Part shown: piece by piece, positions 13,137 through 26,380 of the stretch
Layout of the letters: every line of letters begins with the position of its first letter
How positions within the stretch are numbered: the first letter of the stretch is position 1
From: Octopus vulgaris
Taxonomy: Eukaryota
NCBI GenBank assembly: GCA_951406725.2
Contig: OX597816.1
Span: forward strand, 13,268,001 to 13,332,000
DNA length: 64,000 nucleotides
Direction: 5' to 3'
Position numbers and translations under genes: made by a program
The notes under the pieces: model-generated
What the model saw: the letters and a program-made list of their open reading frames with translations, nothing else
Told to the model about the DNA's origin: nothing
The model's database searches: none

Positions 13137-13436
13137 CTGCATGGCACCTTGGCCAAATGTCATCTACTATAGCCCCGGGCTAACCAAAGCCTTATGAGTG
13201 GATTTGGTAGACGGAAACTGAAAGAAGCCCTTCGTATATATGTGTGTTTGTGTTGTGTTTATGTGTCTGTATATGACCCCGCCACCACCACCATCGCTTG
13301 ACAACCGATGCTAGTATGTTTACGTCACCATCACTTAGCAGTTGGCAAGCGAATAATTTCTGGTGTTGATTTGTTCGACTAAAGGCGGTGCTCCAGTTTG
13401 GCCACCGTCAAATGACCGAAACAATTAAAAGAATAA
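13137..13436 (+). mobile_element. SINE family A, 5'-truncated
   Basis: Body and tail match. Confidence 0.85.
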
Positions 13437-13684
13437 CAGAATATATGTGAGTGTGTGTGTGTGAATGAGAAGTAGCCCGTGTGATATAAACAATATCGAA
13501 CACACATACACAAGGCACGTGTTTTGCCAGTTCGTGGACAGCCTGTGGTTTATGGGAATAAGAGAACATCTCCTCGTCAATACGCCTAATGTTAAAACAC
13601 CTAGAAGTCATAGGCAAGAGAACTAACTCGATTGTCTGTGTCTTTGACATTATATGTATATGCATACATATATACATATATATA

Positions 13685-13917
13685 TAATGGTATTTTTATA
13701 GAAGCTTAAAGTATATGCCGATCACCGTGCAATGATTAAGAAAAATAAGCTAATGACGAGGTATGTAAGCCCTCGACAGAAAAAAGAAGGCTCTCCTATC
13801 CGCGAGGGAAAGTCATCTTTCCCTGTCAAGGGCTTATATGCCCCGTTATCAGACTAATTTCCTTAGTCATTGCATGGTGATCGCCATAAGCTTTAAGCTT
13901 CTATAAAAATACCATTA
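13685..13917. repeat. ~233-bp imperfect palindrome (fold-back element)
   Basis: TAATGGTATTTTTATAGAAGCTTAAAG... mirrors ...CTTTAAGCTTCTATAAAAATACCATTA, with pairing continuing inward about 100 nt. Confidence 0.85.
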
Positions 13918-14091
13918 CTAATATTTACAGGATTGTAAAATTGTAAATTACGGCACGATATAACAAAACCATTCGCACCGAAAGGATATATATGTATATA
14001 TATATATATATGTTTACACCCCCGTCTTCGTCTTTAATTTTCCATTTTTTGTTTGTAAATTCCAAATATGTATATATATATATATATATAT

Positions 14092-14168
<77 letters not shown>

Positions 14169-14553
14169 AATTTCCAGGGACTTATCACTGTTAGTTGTGA
14201 GAATATCTGTACATCACAACCAGTTAGATGTTTTATTCTCAGTTCTGTTAGATGGTGTGGCATTTTTGCAGAATAATGTCTTGTGTTGCTCCTCGGCCCT
14301 CACACGCTAACAGTGAAATCCAACTCAGACTTCAGGTAATATAAATTGGCTTATCATTTGCTCGTCTTTTCTTATCCGAAGACGGATATATCCGGAACGT
14401 TATAACTTTTATTCTTTGCAAACTCCCTTCAACGCCATTTCCATTACATCAGCTGCGAACTCCTCTTATGATTTTGTTGTTTGTATTTACGTTTTACTTT
14501 CTCTCTCTCTCTCTTTCTCTTAAAATTTAAAATTGAATAGAAGGTCTGAAAAA

Positions 14554-14599
14554 CCACCTCATGAATGTCCTTAGAAGTGACAAGAAACAATTGTAGTGG
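14554..14599 (+). ncRNA. Minimal type-I hammerhead motif, core-mutated
   Basis: CCAC-CTCATGA-A-TGTC-loop-GACA-A-GAAAC-AATT-GTA-GTGG: stem I perfect, palindromic stem III, G5C change. Confidence 0.55.
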
Positions 14600-14780
14600 A
14601 TAACTTAATTTTATTTAATTTATATAAAATTTTTTATGTATTGGATTAAGTCTTTCTTTGTTTGATTTGCATAATAGTGGTTTTGTCTCTAATTAATATT
14701 ATATAATATTTTACTATAAAATTGGATTCAATCCTAAATCTGATTTTTCCCTGTAAATTTGGATTTATTACCTAATATTT

Positions 14781-14854
<74 letters not shown>

Positions 14855-15346
14855 TATATACATATATATGTATACGCAGACACACACATATATATATACA
14901 TATACGAATCAAATTTAAATAATCAGAAATTGGCGAAAACTTTTGATTAACAAACAAAGAAATTGATCAACATCGGTTGATTATTTATTAATACAAAACA
15001 TGATGTAACATTTCTTACGGCCGTTTCACTTCCAATGTTAGTCGGTCCGTAGCAAAGCAATTCCGAAAATAATTTCCGGCATCTTCATAACACATTCGAT
15101 CTAGTACATGGAACTTCATCTTAGAGATATAAATGCATAAAATAAAATAAATTAAACGAAGGGAAGAGGGAAGAGGAAAGAACAGGGCCTAGGGATGAGG
15201 CCAAAAGGCTCAATATATTAAAATCATACCCTCTTGCAGCGTTGAGCTCGAAGTCGATAGGAAAAAAAAGTGATGTAGGGAAATATTTATGGGTTATTTC
15301 TATATAAAGGGGAACCAGGGTGTTTTAATGGTAGTGAAATCAAGCC

Positions 15347-15459
<113 letters not shown>

Positions 15460-16676
15460 ATATATATATATATATATACATATACTTATATATATGCACC
15501 TGCTTGTTCCTACGCCTATCTCCATTTTTTGTTTCTGTAAATTTGAACTTTGTGTGTGCGTGTGTGTGTGTGTGTGTGAATATACATGTATATAGATATT
15601 TTTGTGCCAACTAAAAACGGAGATTCTGCATTACATAATCAAGACGCATTATCTATAAATCTTAATATAAGTTCTTGGTTTAACATCGTTGAGATTTGTG
15701 AAACGATGTCTTTCTACGTGTATTTCAACAAAGTGACAACTCATTTCCTATTCCATGTCAAAGCAAATGGAGTTAAATTCTTTAGTTAAGGACAAAGAAG
15801 ACAACTTACGATCTTCTATATTCTAAGAAAAGAAAAATAAATAGAAAGATATTGCGTTTTTTTTTTTTAATTATTTTTATTGAAATCTATTTGATAGACA
15901 GAGTAGAGCATTAACCTCCATACAATTTTGTCCCTTCGTAGCATTGTGTCTTAAGTATTAACATTCTTTTACGTCACATTTAACGTAATAACTTCCTGTA
16001 CAGTTCTTTCTAGCTTTTATTTGCTCGGGTGATTTCAAGATTGTTTCTGGCCGTTCAGTATTTTAAAGTAATCTTTGACATTGATGTGTTTTAGTTGTGC
16101 TGTAATACATTGCTTGAAAAAAATTTGCGACCCGCATTCGAATATTACAGTCACTACTACATTTAAAACAGGCAGCCATGATGGTACTCTAATAAGGGAA
16201 GTAAATATTTGTAAACATCCAATACAGAATATATTAAAGACCAGTGAGCTATGAACGGCTTTTGTGAAGCTGAATACCATTGATTATAATGACTTGTAAG
16301 AAACGAAGATGTACACAAATTTAATCTAACCAAAGCCGAATGTTCTAATAAGGAACAGATTTTAAATTTTGTTTATTATATTTCAATCCATTAATATTTG
16401 GACTGGTAAAATCGTTAAAGTATTGGCCAAAATATCACGCGGTATTTGTTTCTGTTTAACAATATGCGTTCAAATCTCGCCAAGGTCAGCATTGCTGACC
16501 ACACATCGTTTCGACACAGTTGTGCCATTGATAGATGAGCTTTGAAAACCAAGCCTATTAGAGATCGAATTCGTGACACATATTCTGTTTCTAAACTAAG
16601 AACACTTCCTCAACGGCTAGGAAACACCAACAACGACAACGAAGAACAGATGAAGTGACTATTATGGAAGAAACAA

Positions 16677-17436
16677 AGGCGGCAAGCTGGCAGAACCTTT
16701 AACACGCCGGGCGAAATGCTTTGTGGTATTTCGTTTGCCGTTACGTTCTTAGTTCAAATTCCGCCGAGGTCGACTTTGCCTTTTATCTTTTCGGGGTCGA
16801 TTAAATAAGCACCAGTTACGCAATGGGGTCGATATAATCAACTGAATCCGTTTGTCTGTCCTTGTTTGTCCCCTCTCTGTTTAGCTCCTTGTGGGTAGTA
16901 AAGAAATAGGTATTTCACCATCACTACATTCTGAGTTCAAATTCCTCCAAGGTCGACATTGGCTTTCATCCTTTCAGGGTCAATAAATTAAGTACCAGTT
17001 ACGCAATGGGCTCAATATAATCGACTTAATCCGTTTGTCTGTCTTTGTTTGTCCCCTCTGTGTTTTGCCCCTTGTGGGAAGTAAAGAAATAGGTATTTCG
17101 TCTGCCGTTACGTTCTGAGTTCAAATTCCGTCGAGGTCGACTTAGCCTTTCATCCTTTCGGGGTCGATAAATTAAGTACCAGTTACGCAATTTCTGTCCC
17201 CTCTATGTTTAGCCCCTTGTAGGCAATAAAGAAATAAGAATCTTCAGCACGATGGACAAGATGCTGAGTGTCATTTCGTCTGAATTCACCTTCTGAGTTC
17301 AAATTTAATCGAGGTCCACTTTGACTTTTATCCTTTCGTAGTCAATGAAATAAGTACCAGTTGAACACTTATGTCGAAGTAATCGACTAACCCCCTATCA
17401 CAAAGTTTCAGGCCTTGTGTCTATAATAGAAAGGGT
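16677..17436 (+). mobile_element. SINE family B multimer (head, three tandem units, older tail-2 copy)
   Basis: Repeated GGTATTTC...AAAGAAATA units followed by a diverged copy ending CAGGCCTTGTGTCTATAATAGAAAG. Confidence 0.9.
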
Positions 17437-18609
17437 TATCATGATAAAAATACCTGCGATCAATAATTTAAGTATTAGTTACGTAGCTAAATCAATTTAG
17501 TAAGCAACACAGATCCCTCTGTAACAGAATTTTTCTTTCCTCTCATTATAAGAATTCATTACTATTAAAGGTTTTCTGCTACTAATTACCACACGTCTCT
17601 TCTTTAACAGAGAACCTATTCTAATATCCATTGCTATTACTACCAGTAGTGTCTGTACGATTTGGGTGTATACAGTAACTTATTATGATCTTGCATTTTC
17701 AATTGTACTGAGAATATTCTACGTGGTATATCTGCAAGCCCAGGATGTTCTGCCGGATCTTAAGTCCTGGGTTTTTTTTTATGTATTTGCCAGCATGTTT
17801 TTTTCCGTAATCACTTCGGAAGCACCTATCATAGTCAGTATTTTTCATAAGAACTTCTAAGCTTGTTCCCTTCTTCAGATAATCTGGCAGGTATTAAGCA
17901 AAAATCACATGAAAGTAGCAACCATCTTTCTTATTTCCTCGACACGTTTGATATTTATTTCAATATTATATATTTTCTCATATTATATTTTTTTTCCGTT
18001 TTTTTTTTTGCTAGATATGTTGTGTAATGATATTTGGAAGGTAGTCTTGTCTAGAAGAAATTGCACTTGCCAAAGCTGTGTGATGCGATTATATGATACA
18101 TCTCCTGTATAATATACGTCGTACCTCAAATAATATCCCCGAGCAAAATAAGTTTCTTTAGCGGATTATTTTTGCATATGAAAACTTGACATTTATTCTC
18201 TACCCCCACCCCAACTCTCTCTCTCTATCTCTCTCTCCTACTCACTCCTTCACGTACTTTCTTCATCTCACTCTCTTCCTCCTTCTTTCCCGCTCGTTTT
18301 TACTCTTGCTTTCTTGCCAGCTTAATGATTTCTTTGAGACAGTTTTCTGTTTATTTGGGTCAGCAGTTGTTTTCTTCATATATCTTCTACTATAGAAAAT
18401 AAAAAGCTTTGGCGAATCGTCCATTGGATGCCAACCTTTCAGTTTAAGCATCTAATATTCGTATAATACCGTCCCTTGCTGAGTCGACAAAATGTTGGTC
18501 TACAAACGAAATGTTCTCCAGTTCGTATCATGTCGCAGGCAGAAGGTTTCTTCTTTTGTAGTCAAGAAATCTAGCGTTCAAATTTTCAAGTCAATCCAAC
18601 AAATGAATA

Positions 18610-18785
18610 TAGGTTTTCAAATTTTGGCACAAGGCCAGCAAGCTCAGTGGAGGTGGTTAGTCGATTACATCAACCTGAGTGCTCAACTGCTACCTATTTT
18701 ATCAGCCCCGCAAGCGTCAAATGCAAAGTCGACCTTGGCGGAATTTGAACTCAAAATGTAAAAACGAACGAAATACCGTTAAGTA
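18610..18785 (-). mobile_element. SINE family B, degenerate
   Basis: AAAGTCGACCTTGGCGGAATTTGAACTCA..., GGCACAAGGCC. Confidence 0.7.
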
Positions 18786-18954
18786 ACGCAAAATATCCAG
18801 ACAGACGATACAAAAAAACAAGGTCGGGTCATTCGAAGTTTTCTTTCTTCGGTCGAGTTCCAGATTATCTTACGGCAGGGTCATAAGAGATGACAGGCAT
18901 AGGGAGGAATATAACTGTTGCACGGACGGTATTCGAACCAAGAAAGAAAGTTCA

Positions 18955-19565
18955 GGCCAGGCCGAGCGAAATACTTAGCGGTATTTCGTTCAGAGTTCAA
19001 ATTCCGCCGAAGTCGACTTCGTCTTTCATCATTTCGAAGTCGATAAATTAAGTACCAGTTACTTAATCCATTTGTCTGTCTTTGTTTGTCCCCTCTGTGA
19101 TTAGCTCCTTGTGGGTAGTAAAGAAATAGGTATTTCGTCTGCCGCTACGTTCTGAGTTCAAATTCCGCCGAGGTCAACTTTGCCTTTCATCCTTTCGGGG
19201 TCGATTAAATAAGTACCAGTTATGCACTGAGGTCGATATAATCGACTTAATCCATTTGTTTGTCCTTGTTTGTCCTCTCTGTGTTTAGCTCCTTGTGGGT
19301 AGTAAAGAAATAGGTATTTTGCCCGTCACTATGTTCTGAGTTCAAATCCTGCTGAAGTCATATTTATAGGGCGGCGAGTTTGTAGAATTTTTAGCCGGAC
19401 AAAATGCATTTCATCAGTCTATACTTTCTGAGTTCACATTCCGTTCTGAGTTCAAATCGATTTTGCCTTTCGGGGTGGTTAAATTAGGTACCAGTTGGAC
19501 AATCGTGTCAATGTAACCAACACAGCCTAACCCGAAATTGCTGGCCTTGTGTCAAAATTTGAAAC
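18955..19565 (+). mobile_element. SINE family B multimer
   Basis: Two tandem units plus degenerate copies ending GCTGGCCTTGTGTCAAAATTTGAAAC. Confidence 0.85.
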
Positions 19566-20399
19566 TAATATCTGCCTATTGTAAGTGCTAACGGTAGATT
19601 CCTGTGGTGTAAACAACCTGTCACGTTGTGGAAAGGGGATGGTAAATGTGTGTGTGTAATAGACAGACGAAAGACAGACAGAAAGAAAAGCAGATTCAAG
19701 CGAACGCTACTAGCAGGTGCACGAGCACACACACACACACACAAACAAACAAACAAACACACACATATACACATACGAACTCTATTGGTGCGTTCACACG
19801 AAGAGCCAATTAACTGTGTATGTATATATGTGAGAGAAAGAGAGTGAGAGATAGAGAGAGAGTTGGCTTATTTGTTTGCTTGTGTTCGTATGTGTGGGAA
19901 TGGAGAAACAGCTTTTATGAAAAATATTGTTTATCCTCAAGTTCTAAATAAGCAGTCGTCCGCTTAATTTACTCAATTCGTTTTGTGGCATTGTATATAT
20001 GTAATTAGATACGGTATGTATTACACTTGTGTGTGTGTGTGTGTGTGGATATAACTTAGAACCGAAACATTTAAAATGCCGGTGTAAGTTTCTAATTAAG
20101 CCACGGGGACAGCTAGTTTTAATAACAGCTGCTCTCATCAGAACTGTAGCAAATATCTAAACAATTTTTCCTATTAGACATAAAATTCATTTTTGGATGA
20201 AATATGAAGCCACGACCGATTAGGCTACTACTTTCCAGCTAATAACCTCTGCGACTCAGTTTTGATTGTTTCGAAGGAATTTTACCTTGCTTATAATGGA
20301 TATGAGAAACGCATGAATTCTACCACGTCAGTTTTCTTCAGAAAATAGTACATTTGTCTAATCACAAGGAGCCAACAAAAATTTTCGGCGCAGATTTTG

Positions 20400-20548
20400 C
20401 TTTGTGGTATGAAGCTTGCTTCTCAACAACATAGTTCCAGTTTCAATTCCACTGCGTGGTACCTTGGGCAAGTTTCTTCTATTGTAGTTTCAAGGGGACC
20501 AAAGCTTTGTGAGTAGATCTAGTAGACGGACACTGAAAGAAGCTCGTC

Positions 20549-20584
<36 letters not shown>

Positions 20585-20630
20585 TTGTGTGTGTTTCTGT
20601 GTGCCCGTGTCCGTGTGCTTCTGTGTGTGC

Positions 20631-20681
<51 letters not shown>

Positions 20682-20683
20682 TG

Positions 20684-20717
<34 letters not shown>

Positions 20718-20980
20718 TGTATGTATGTATTACTGCCATAGCGTTGGGGCTGAAACGTATAAAAGAATAAGAATATATATCTGTCTCTGTGCGTCTGTGT
20801 TTGTCCACCACTACCTCTTAACCGGTGTTGGTATGCTTACGTTCGCCAACCAAGCGGTTCGGCAAAAGAGACAGATATAATAAGTAAGTACTGGGATCGA
20901 TTCATTCAACTTAAAATTCTTCAAGGCGGTGCCCCAGTATGGGTTCAGTCTAACGACTGCAGCAAGTAAAAGATGGAAGA
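20400..20980 (+). mobile_element. SINE family A, diverged, with expanded internal microsatellite
   Basis: Head, body and tail recognisable. Confidence 0.78.
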
Positions 20981-20997
20981 CAAACCAAGTAAATTCC

Positions 20998-21475
20998 TTT
21001 ACTTTACTCTTTACTCTTTTGTTTCAGTCATTTGACTGTGGCCATGCTGGAGCACCGCCTTTAGTCGAGCAGATTGACCCCAGGACTTATTCTTTGTAAG
21101 CTTAGTACTTATTCTATCGGTCTCTTTTTGCCGAACCGCTAAGTTACGGGGACGTAAACACACCACCATCGGTTATCAAGCGATGCTGGGGGACAAACAC
21201 CGACACACAAACATATACACACACAAGTATATACACACAAGTACGTACACACACACACATATATATATATATATACATACATACATACAAACATACTTAC
21301 ATACATATATACGACGGGTTTCTATCAGTTTCCGTCTACCAAATCCACTCACAAGGCTTTGGTCAGCCCGAGGCTATAGTAGAAGACACTTGCCCAAGGT
21401 GCCACACAGTAGGACTGAACCTGGAACCATGTGGTTTGTAAGCAAGCTACTTACCACACAGCCACTCCTACGCCT
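20998..21475 (-). mobile_element. SINE family A, full length, close to consensus
   Basis: Reverse complement match from the TTTTACTC tail to CCACTCCTACGCCT. Confidence 0.92.
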
Positions 21476-22285
21476 TACCCACCATTTTGTAATGTTTATC
21501 TAATTTTAAAATATTTCCAGACTAGAATTTGTATTTCGACTTTCGAGTGTCCTCATTCTGTAAAAGAACTTTTGTCCTGCTTAGTTACGAAACTAATATT
21601 TTGTTATATTTTGTTATATTCGAAATAATAATTTATCTGTTTGCTTCAGGTTTGAGTATTTATTGAAAAATAAGATTAGGTAGCTTCGGATACTGATATT
21701 CATGCATCTTGCAAAACGTTTGAACATCTCTGGTGCTATTTTCACGGAAGACAAGTCAAAATACTTTAATTTTTCAATAAATGTTAATGAAGGGCATCAT
21801 CTAACTTTGAAAACTTCAGAGAGGAAAAGAAAAGAACAGCCATTTGATGGTCTAAAATGTTTTATAGAAGCGTTCATGTGGTTATTACTGAACATCATTG
21901 ATCCGAAAGACAGAATTTGGTAAATAACTGTCTTTGATGCTTAAACAACTAAAGCACTCGGTTCCGCATATTGTTCTGCAGACAACAGCTTCAATTGAAT
22001 ATAATTGGATTACAATGGGCAGACAGGAATAGATTCAATAACAACGTAATATGTTACAGACGTTACATCGTCTGTTCAATAATCTGAGTTCGAGTCTCAA
22101 GGAGGGTACTAAAAGGAACGAAACTTTGTCCATGGAACAGACATGGCCATGTTGACAAGAAGCTTGCATTGCCATTACATAGCGCCATGTTCGTTTTGAC
22201 AGCGAAGGAACTTCGGTGTCTTCTACTATACCCTTGGTTACATTACGAACATTCGGTAAATCGAAATTGTAAGGAAACCTGTGGT

Positions 22286-22451
22286 AGGCGCAGGAGTGGC
22301 TGTGCGGTAAGTAGCTTGCTTACCAGCCACGTGGTTCCGGGTTCATTCCCACTGCGTGGCACTTTGGGCAAGTATTTTCTACTATAGCCTCGGGCCGACG
22401 AAAGACTTGTGAGTGGATTTGATAGACGGAAACTGAAAGAAGCCCGTCGTA

Positions 22452-22509
<58 letters not shown>

Positions 22510-22722
22510 GGTGTGTGTATATGTTTGTGTGTCTGTGTTTGACCCCCCAAAATCGCTTGACAACCGATGCTTGTGTGTCTACATCCCCGTAACATAGCGG
22601 TTCGACAAAAGAAACCGATAGAATAAGTACTAGGCTTCCAAAGAATAAGTCCTGGGGTCGATTTGCTCGACTAAAAGCGGTGCTCCAGCATGGCCGCAGT
22701 CAAATGTGTGAAACAAGTAAAA
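22286..22722 (+). mobile_element. SINE family A, full length
   Basis: Head-to-tail match. Confidence 0.92.
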
Positions 22723-22723
22723 C

Positions 22724-22782
<59 letters not shown>

Positions 22783-23330
22783 GGTATTTTGGATGGTTTA
22801 AGTTGTATTGGTGGTAAGTTTGCAAGCGTTACACAGTAGAGGTACTGAAGTGTTTGGAGAGTAGGTTACGGGTAACGACTACAAAATATAGTTGTTTTGC
22901 ATGAAAACGAAATTTCTTGTCAGAAACAGCCATATATATGTTGTAAGGAAATTGAAGGAAGGCGTTGAAACTTCCTGTCTTGGGTTTATTTTATTTAACA
23001 GCAAAGGGGACTATTTGTTTGGAGAGATAATCTAACAAAAGCCCCTTTATTCTGTCTTTCCACATAACCTGCGCATAAACTAACAGTGAATAACGCATAA
23101 AGTTAAACTAGTATGGAGAATTCTGAATGATACGTATAGATTTTGTTAGAGTCCTGGAATTCGAGACAGTAGTGTCCAGGAGCTAATGATAATTTGCTGA
23201 AAAGCAAAGTATGATTCGATAAATTTGCCGAGAATTTCTAGCGTAGGTAATCTATGGAGCTAATTCAGTAGAAGTGATAAGTGCAAAGTTTTTGGGTCAG
23301 TCGTTGAAATTATCTCACTCAATGTTAGTA

Positions 23331-23535
23331 TACGTAAAGTATACTAGCCATCTCAATATGGCTAACCACAAAGGGTGGGTGTTACTGAAGCTTTTAGCCC
23401 CAGGAGATCATCGACTCCCGCTGGCTTTAGTGTGTCTAAAGCCAGCTGGAGACGATGATCTCCTGGGGCTAAAAGCTTCAGTAACACCCACCCTTAGTGG
23501 TTAGCCATATTGAGATGGCTAGTATACTTTACGTA
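23331..23535. mobile_element. Near-perfect 205-bp palindrome (MITE-like fold-back element)
   Basis: About 100-nt arms with only a few mismatches around a 5-nt loop (GGCTTTAG-TGTGT-CTAAAGCC); begins and ends in TA. Confidence 0.8.
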
Positions 23536-23601
23536 ATCGAGCGGTTACTGTTTGCATCTCGTTCAAAGATAATTAAATGTTAGTATAATATCTCTAAATA
23601 A

Positions 23602-23810
23602 TGGTTTCAAACGTTGGCACAAGGCGAGCAAGTCTAGAGGTGGGGAGGTCGATTACATCAACCCCAGTGCTTGAATGGTACTTATTTTATCGATCTCGAA
23701 AGTACGAAAGGTAAAGTCAACCTTGGCAAAATTTTGACTCAGAACGTAAAAACGGGCGAAATGTTATTCAACATTTTGTCCAGTGTGCTTACGATTCTGC
23801 CAGCTCGCTG
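23602..23810 (-). mobile_element. SINE family B, degenerate
   Basis: GGCACAAGG...GTCGATTACATCAACCCCAGT...TTCTGCCAGCTCGC. Confidence 0.72.
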
Positions 23811-26308
23811 CATTAAATCTAAATATAATCTCATCAGGTTACTTCGAGTCGTGGTTTTTATTCTCAGTAATAGTCGTTTCACGTCCCTTTTCACTGCTTA
23901 TAACATTTGGTAAGTCACAGTATGATGATAGGTGAGCTTTCGTCCTGTTATATGAATTTAGACGTAATAAACGTGGAGTAATATTTACTAGCGAATAAGA
24001 AAAGCTGCTGTATTAAGTGTACTGAGATATTTAGTTATACCCCTAATACATTTGAGTCCATATTAGACATGAATCAAGGTTCACTTCAGTACAATAAGTC
24101 CCAAATAACAAACTAGATATTTATTACACTGTTCTAATATTATAGAGAAATTGCATCAAAGTAAAACTGACTTCGCTATCCTTTCATGTGCCTCTACAAT
24201 AAGCATTCAGTTGAACTGGGGCTGAACAATATACGTTCTTGTGTTTCTCTATTCTATCTTCCAATAATGCCCTTCTCTTTTCTGGCCATAAATTCACTTT
24301 CTCTTCTCCCAATTTTCACCTACATCGCTCCACCATTCAAAGAAACACCCCGTCAACAACACTATAGATTCGACTTCTAACAAAACAAAACCACAGTCTG
24401 ATAACGACAAGTAAACCGAAACTTCTAAGTCAGTATCACTATTCACCGTGCAAAAATTAATAAACATGATTCCCACCTAAAACGTATTGAGTCATCCCTC
24501 AACTTAATCTTCAGTTGTTTTTATATATAGCTTTACATAAAAAACAAACATTAATATCAATGAAAATGTTTAAACATTTATGTATGTAAGTATACGTATG
24601 TATGTATATATGTATATACGTATGTATGTATGTATGTACGTACGTAATTATATGTTTGTGTTAGTAATTAAATGGAAGGAGAGGAAATAACTTGAGATTT
24701 ATCAAAATTGAAGGAAAAAATTTCTTTGAATGTATTTTATACACCTATTAAAAATTCTTTGATATATTTTTTGTACTTCTTGCCTCTCCTTAGGAAATAT
24801 CAAATTCTTGAAGAATATTAAGATAAGGAAAAATGTTGTTGAAAAATATTTTTTTGCCGCAAACATTGAATAACAAAATCTGTGATAATGTTGTAAATTC
24901 CTCACACTATTATATCGATACATTAGACGGGAGAATAAACCTTCATTGAAGTCTTTAGCGATTGTTTTGAAAAACAAAGTTGAACAGAATATTGAAATAA
25001 GAAGACCAGCATTTCATTTCTATGTAATCTACCCAGTTTGATAACAACAAAAGACTTTATTTTGAAAGGAACATAATAATGATAGCGTAAAATTCTGCGC
25101 TAAACTTAAATGATTTTGGAAAATTAATAAACTAAAACAGTGAGACAAAAGAAATAACCACGCGCTGGTATGCAACACAAAATTATTGTTTCTCCCGTTT
25201 AATGAGTTTTTGTTCTCTCACTTTAAGTGATGAAACTTTTAGTTATAACACAATGGTTTTGTGTTTATTTGTTTAAATGAAAAATGGATGTGTTTCAAAC
25301 AAATCAGGAAAAAACATCTTAATCAGCTTGACGAAGGGTGGTTCTAAACAGCCGCTAGTCCAGCAAGAAACAACAGCCAAATTAAAAACTATGCTTTTGT
25401 GACAGCTCATATCACGAAAGCCAATACAAACCCAGGAAGTGAAATACAACATGAACCACATAACGAAATACAGCATGAATCATGCGGTCGTTCGATTTGC
25501 TAGACATCGTAACTAAATCTTTGTCAAATGATACAGCACTGTCTTACGAAAGGAATTACAACCGTGTTTCGTTTTCTGCTACCACAACAGCTCCTTTATA
25601 GGATCCAGTTAGCTGAAGACATCATCAGGAGGAACCACGTCCTGTTTCGGCCCCTACTCTTCTACCGTTTTGACGTGGCGCCCCCCGCCCCTTTCGGAGG
25701 TGTCTTCAGCTCTGGTGTTTGGTGCATGTCTTCTTTCTTCTTCTTTCTTCTGTTCCCTGGCCTCTTCGATGTATCGTTAGCGAGTGTCAGCCGGTGACTG
25801 ACTGACTTGTCAAACTTTTCCCTTTAAATACCTGCCGATAGGCTCCAGCAGAAAGCCCCAGCAAGTTGTCACGTGACACTGTCTCAACTTTAACTGACCA
25901 ATGAAGGCGCGTAGTCTTAGCCCACGCATTCTCTAAACGACCGTCACCTGTTAGTTAGCGGAGCTAATTCAGTGTCTGCTTGTTTCACCTAGTCGTTTTA
26001 TTTCCCGCCGGCATGTTTGGTTGACGAGGAGAAATATTAAATGATCACGTTTGGAATGACTGATGATGCTTCGAAAAATGCTGGTCGAGGGTTAAATAGC
26101 AAATTTATTTTAATATCTACTGAAGCATAGTTAAGCGTCCGGTGAAGCAAGAGGAAATAAACTAAGATTAAGACTAAGAAATTACAATATTTGCAAAATT
26201 TATATTTTTACTTATTTGCTACAACGACAAGTAGAAATGTTTTGCTATATTTGGCGTCATAAGTAAATCATATCCTCAGTCTGTTCAAGATTTCCGAGTA
26301 TCACTAAG

Positions 26309-26363
<55 letters not shown>

Positions 26364-26380
26364 TGATTGATTGATAAAAG

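Noticed and set aside
22781-23130. Possible Penelope GIY-YIG C-terminal relic (RLC...LLNK on the minus strand)
   Set aside because: Motifs too short and interrupted to call
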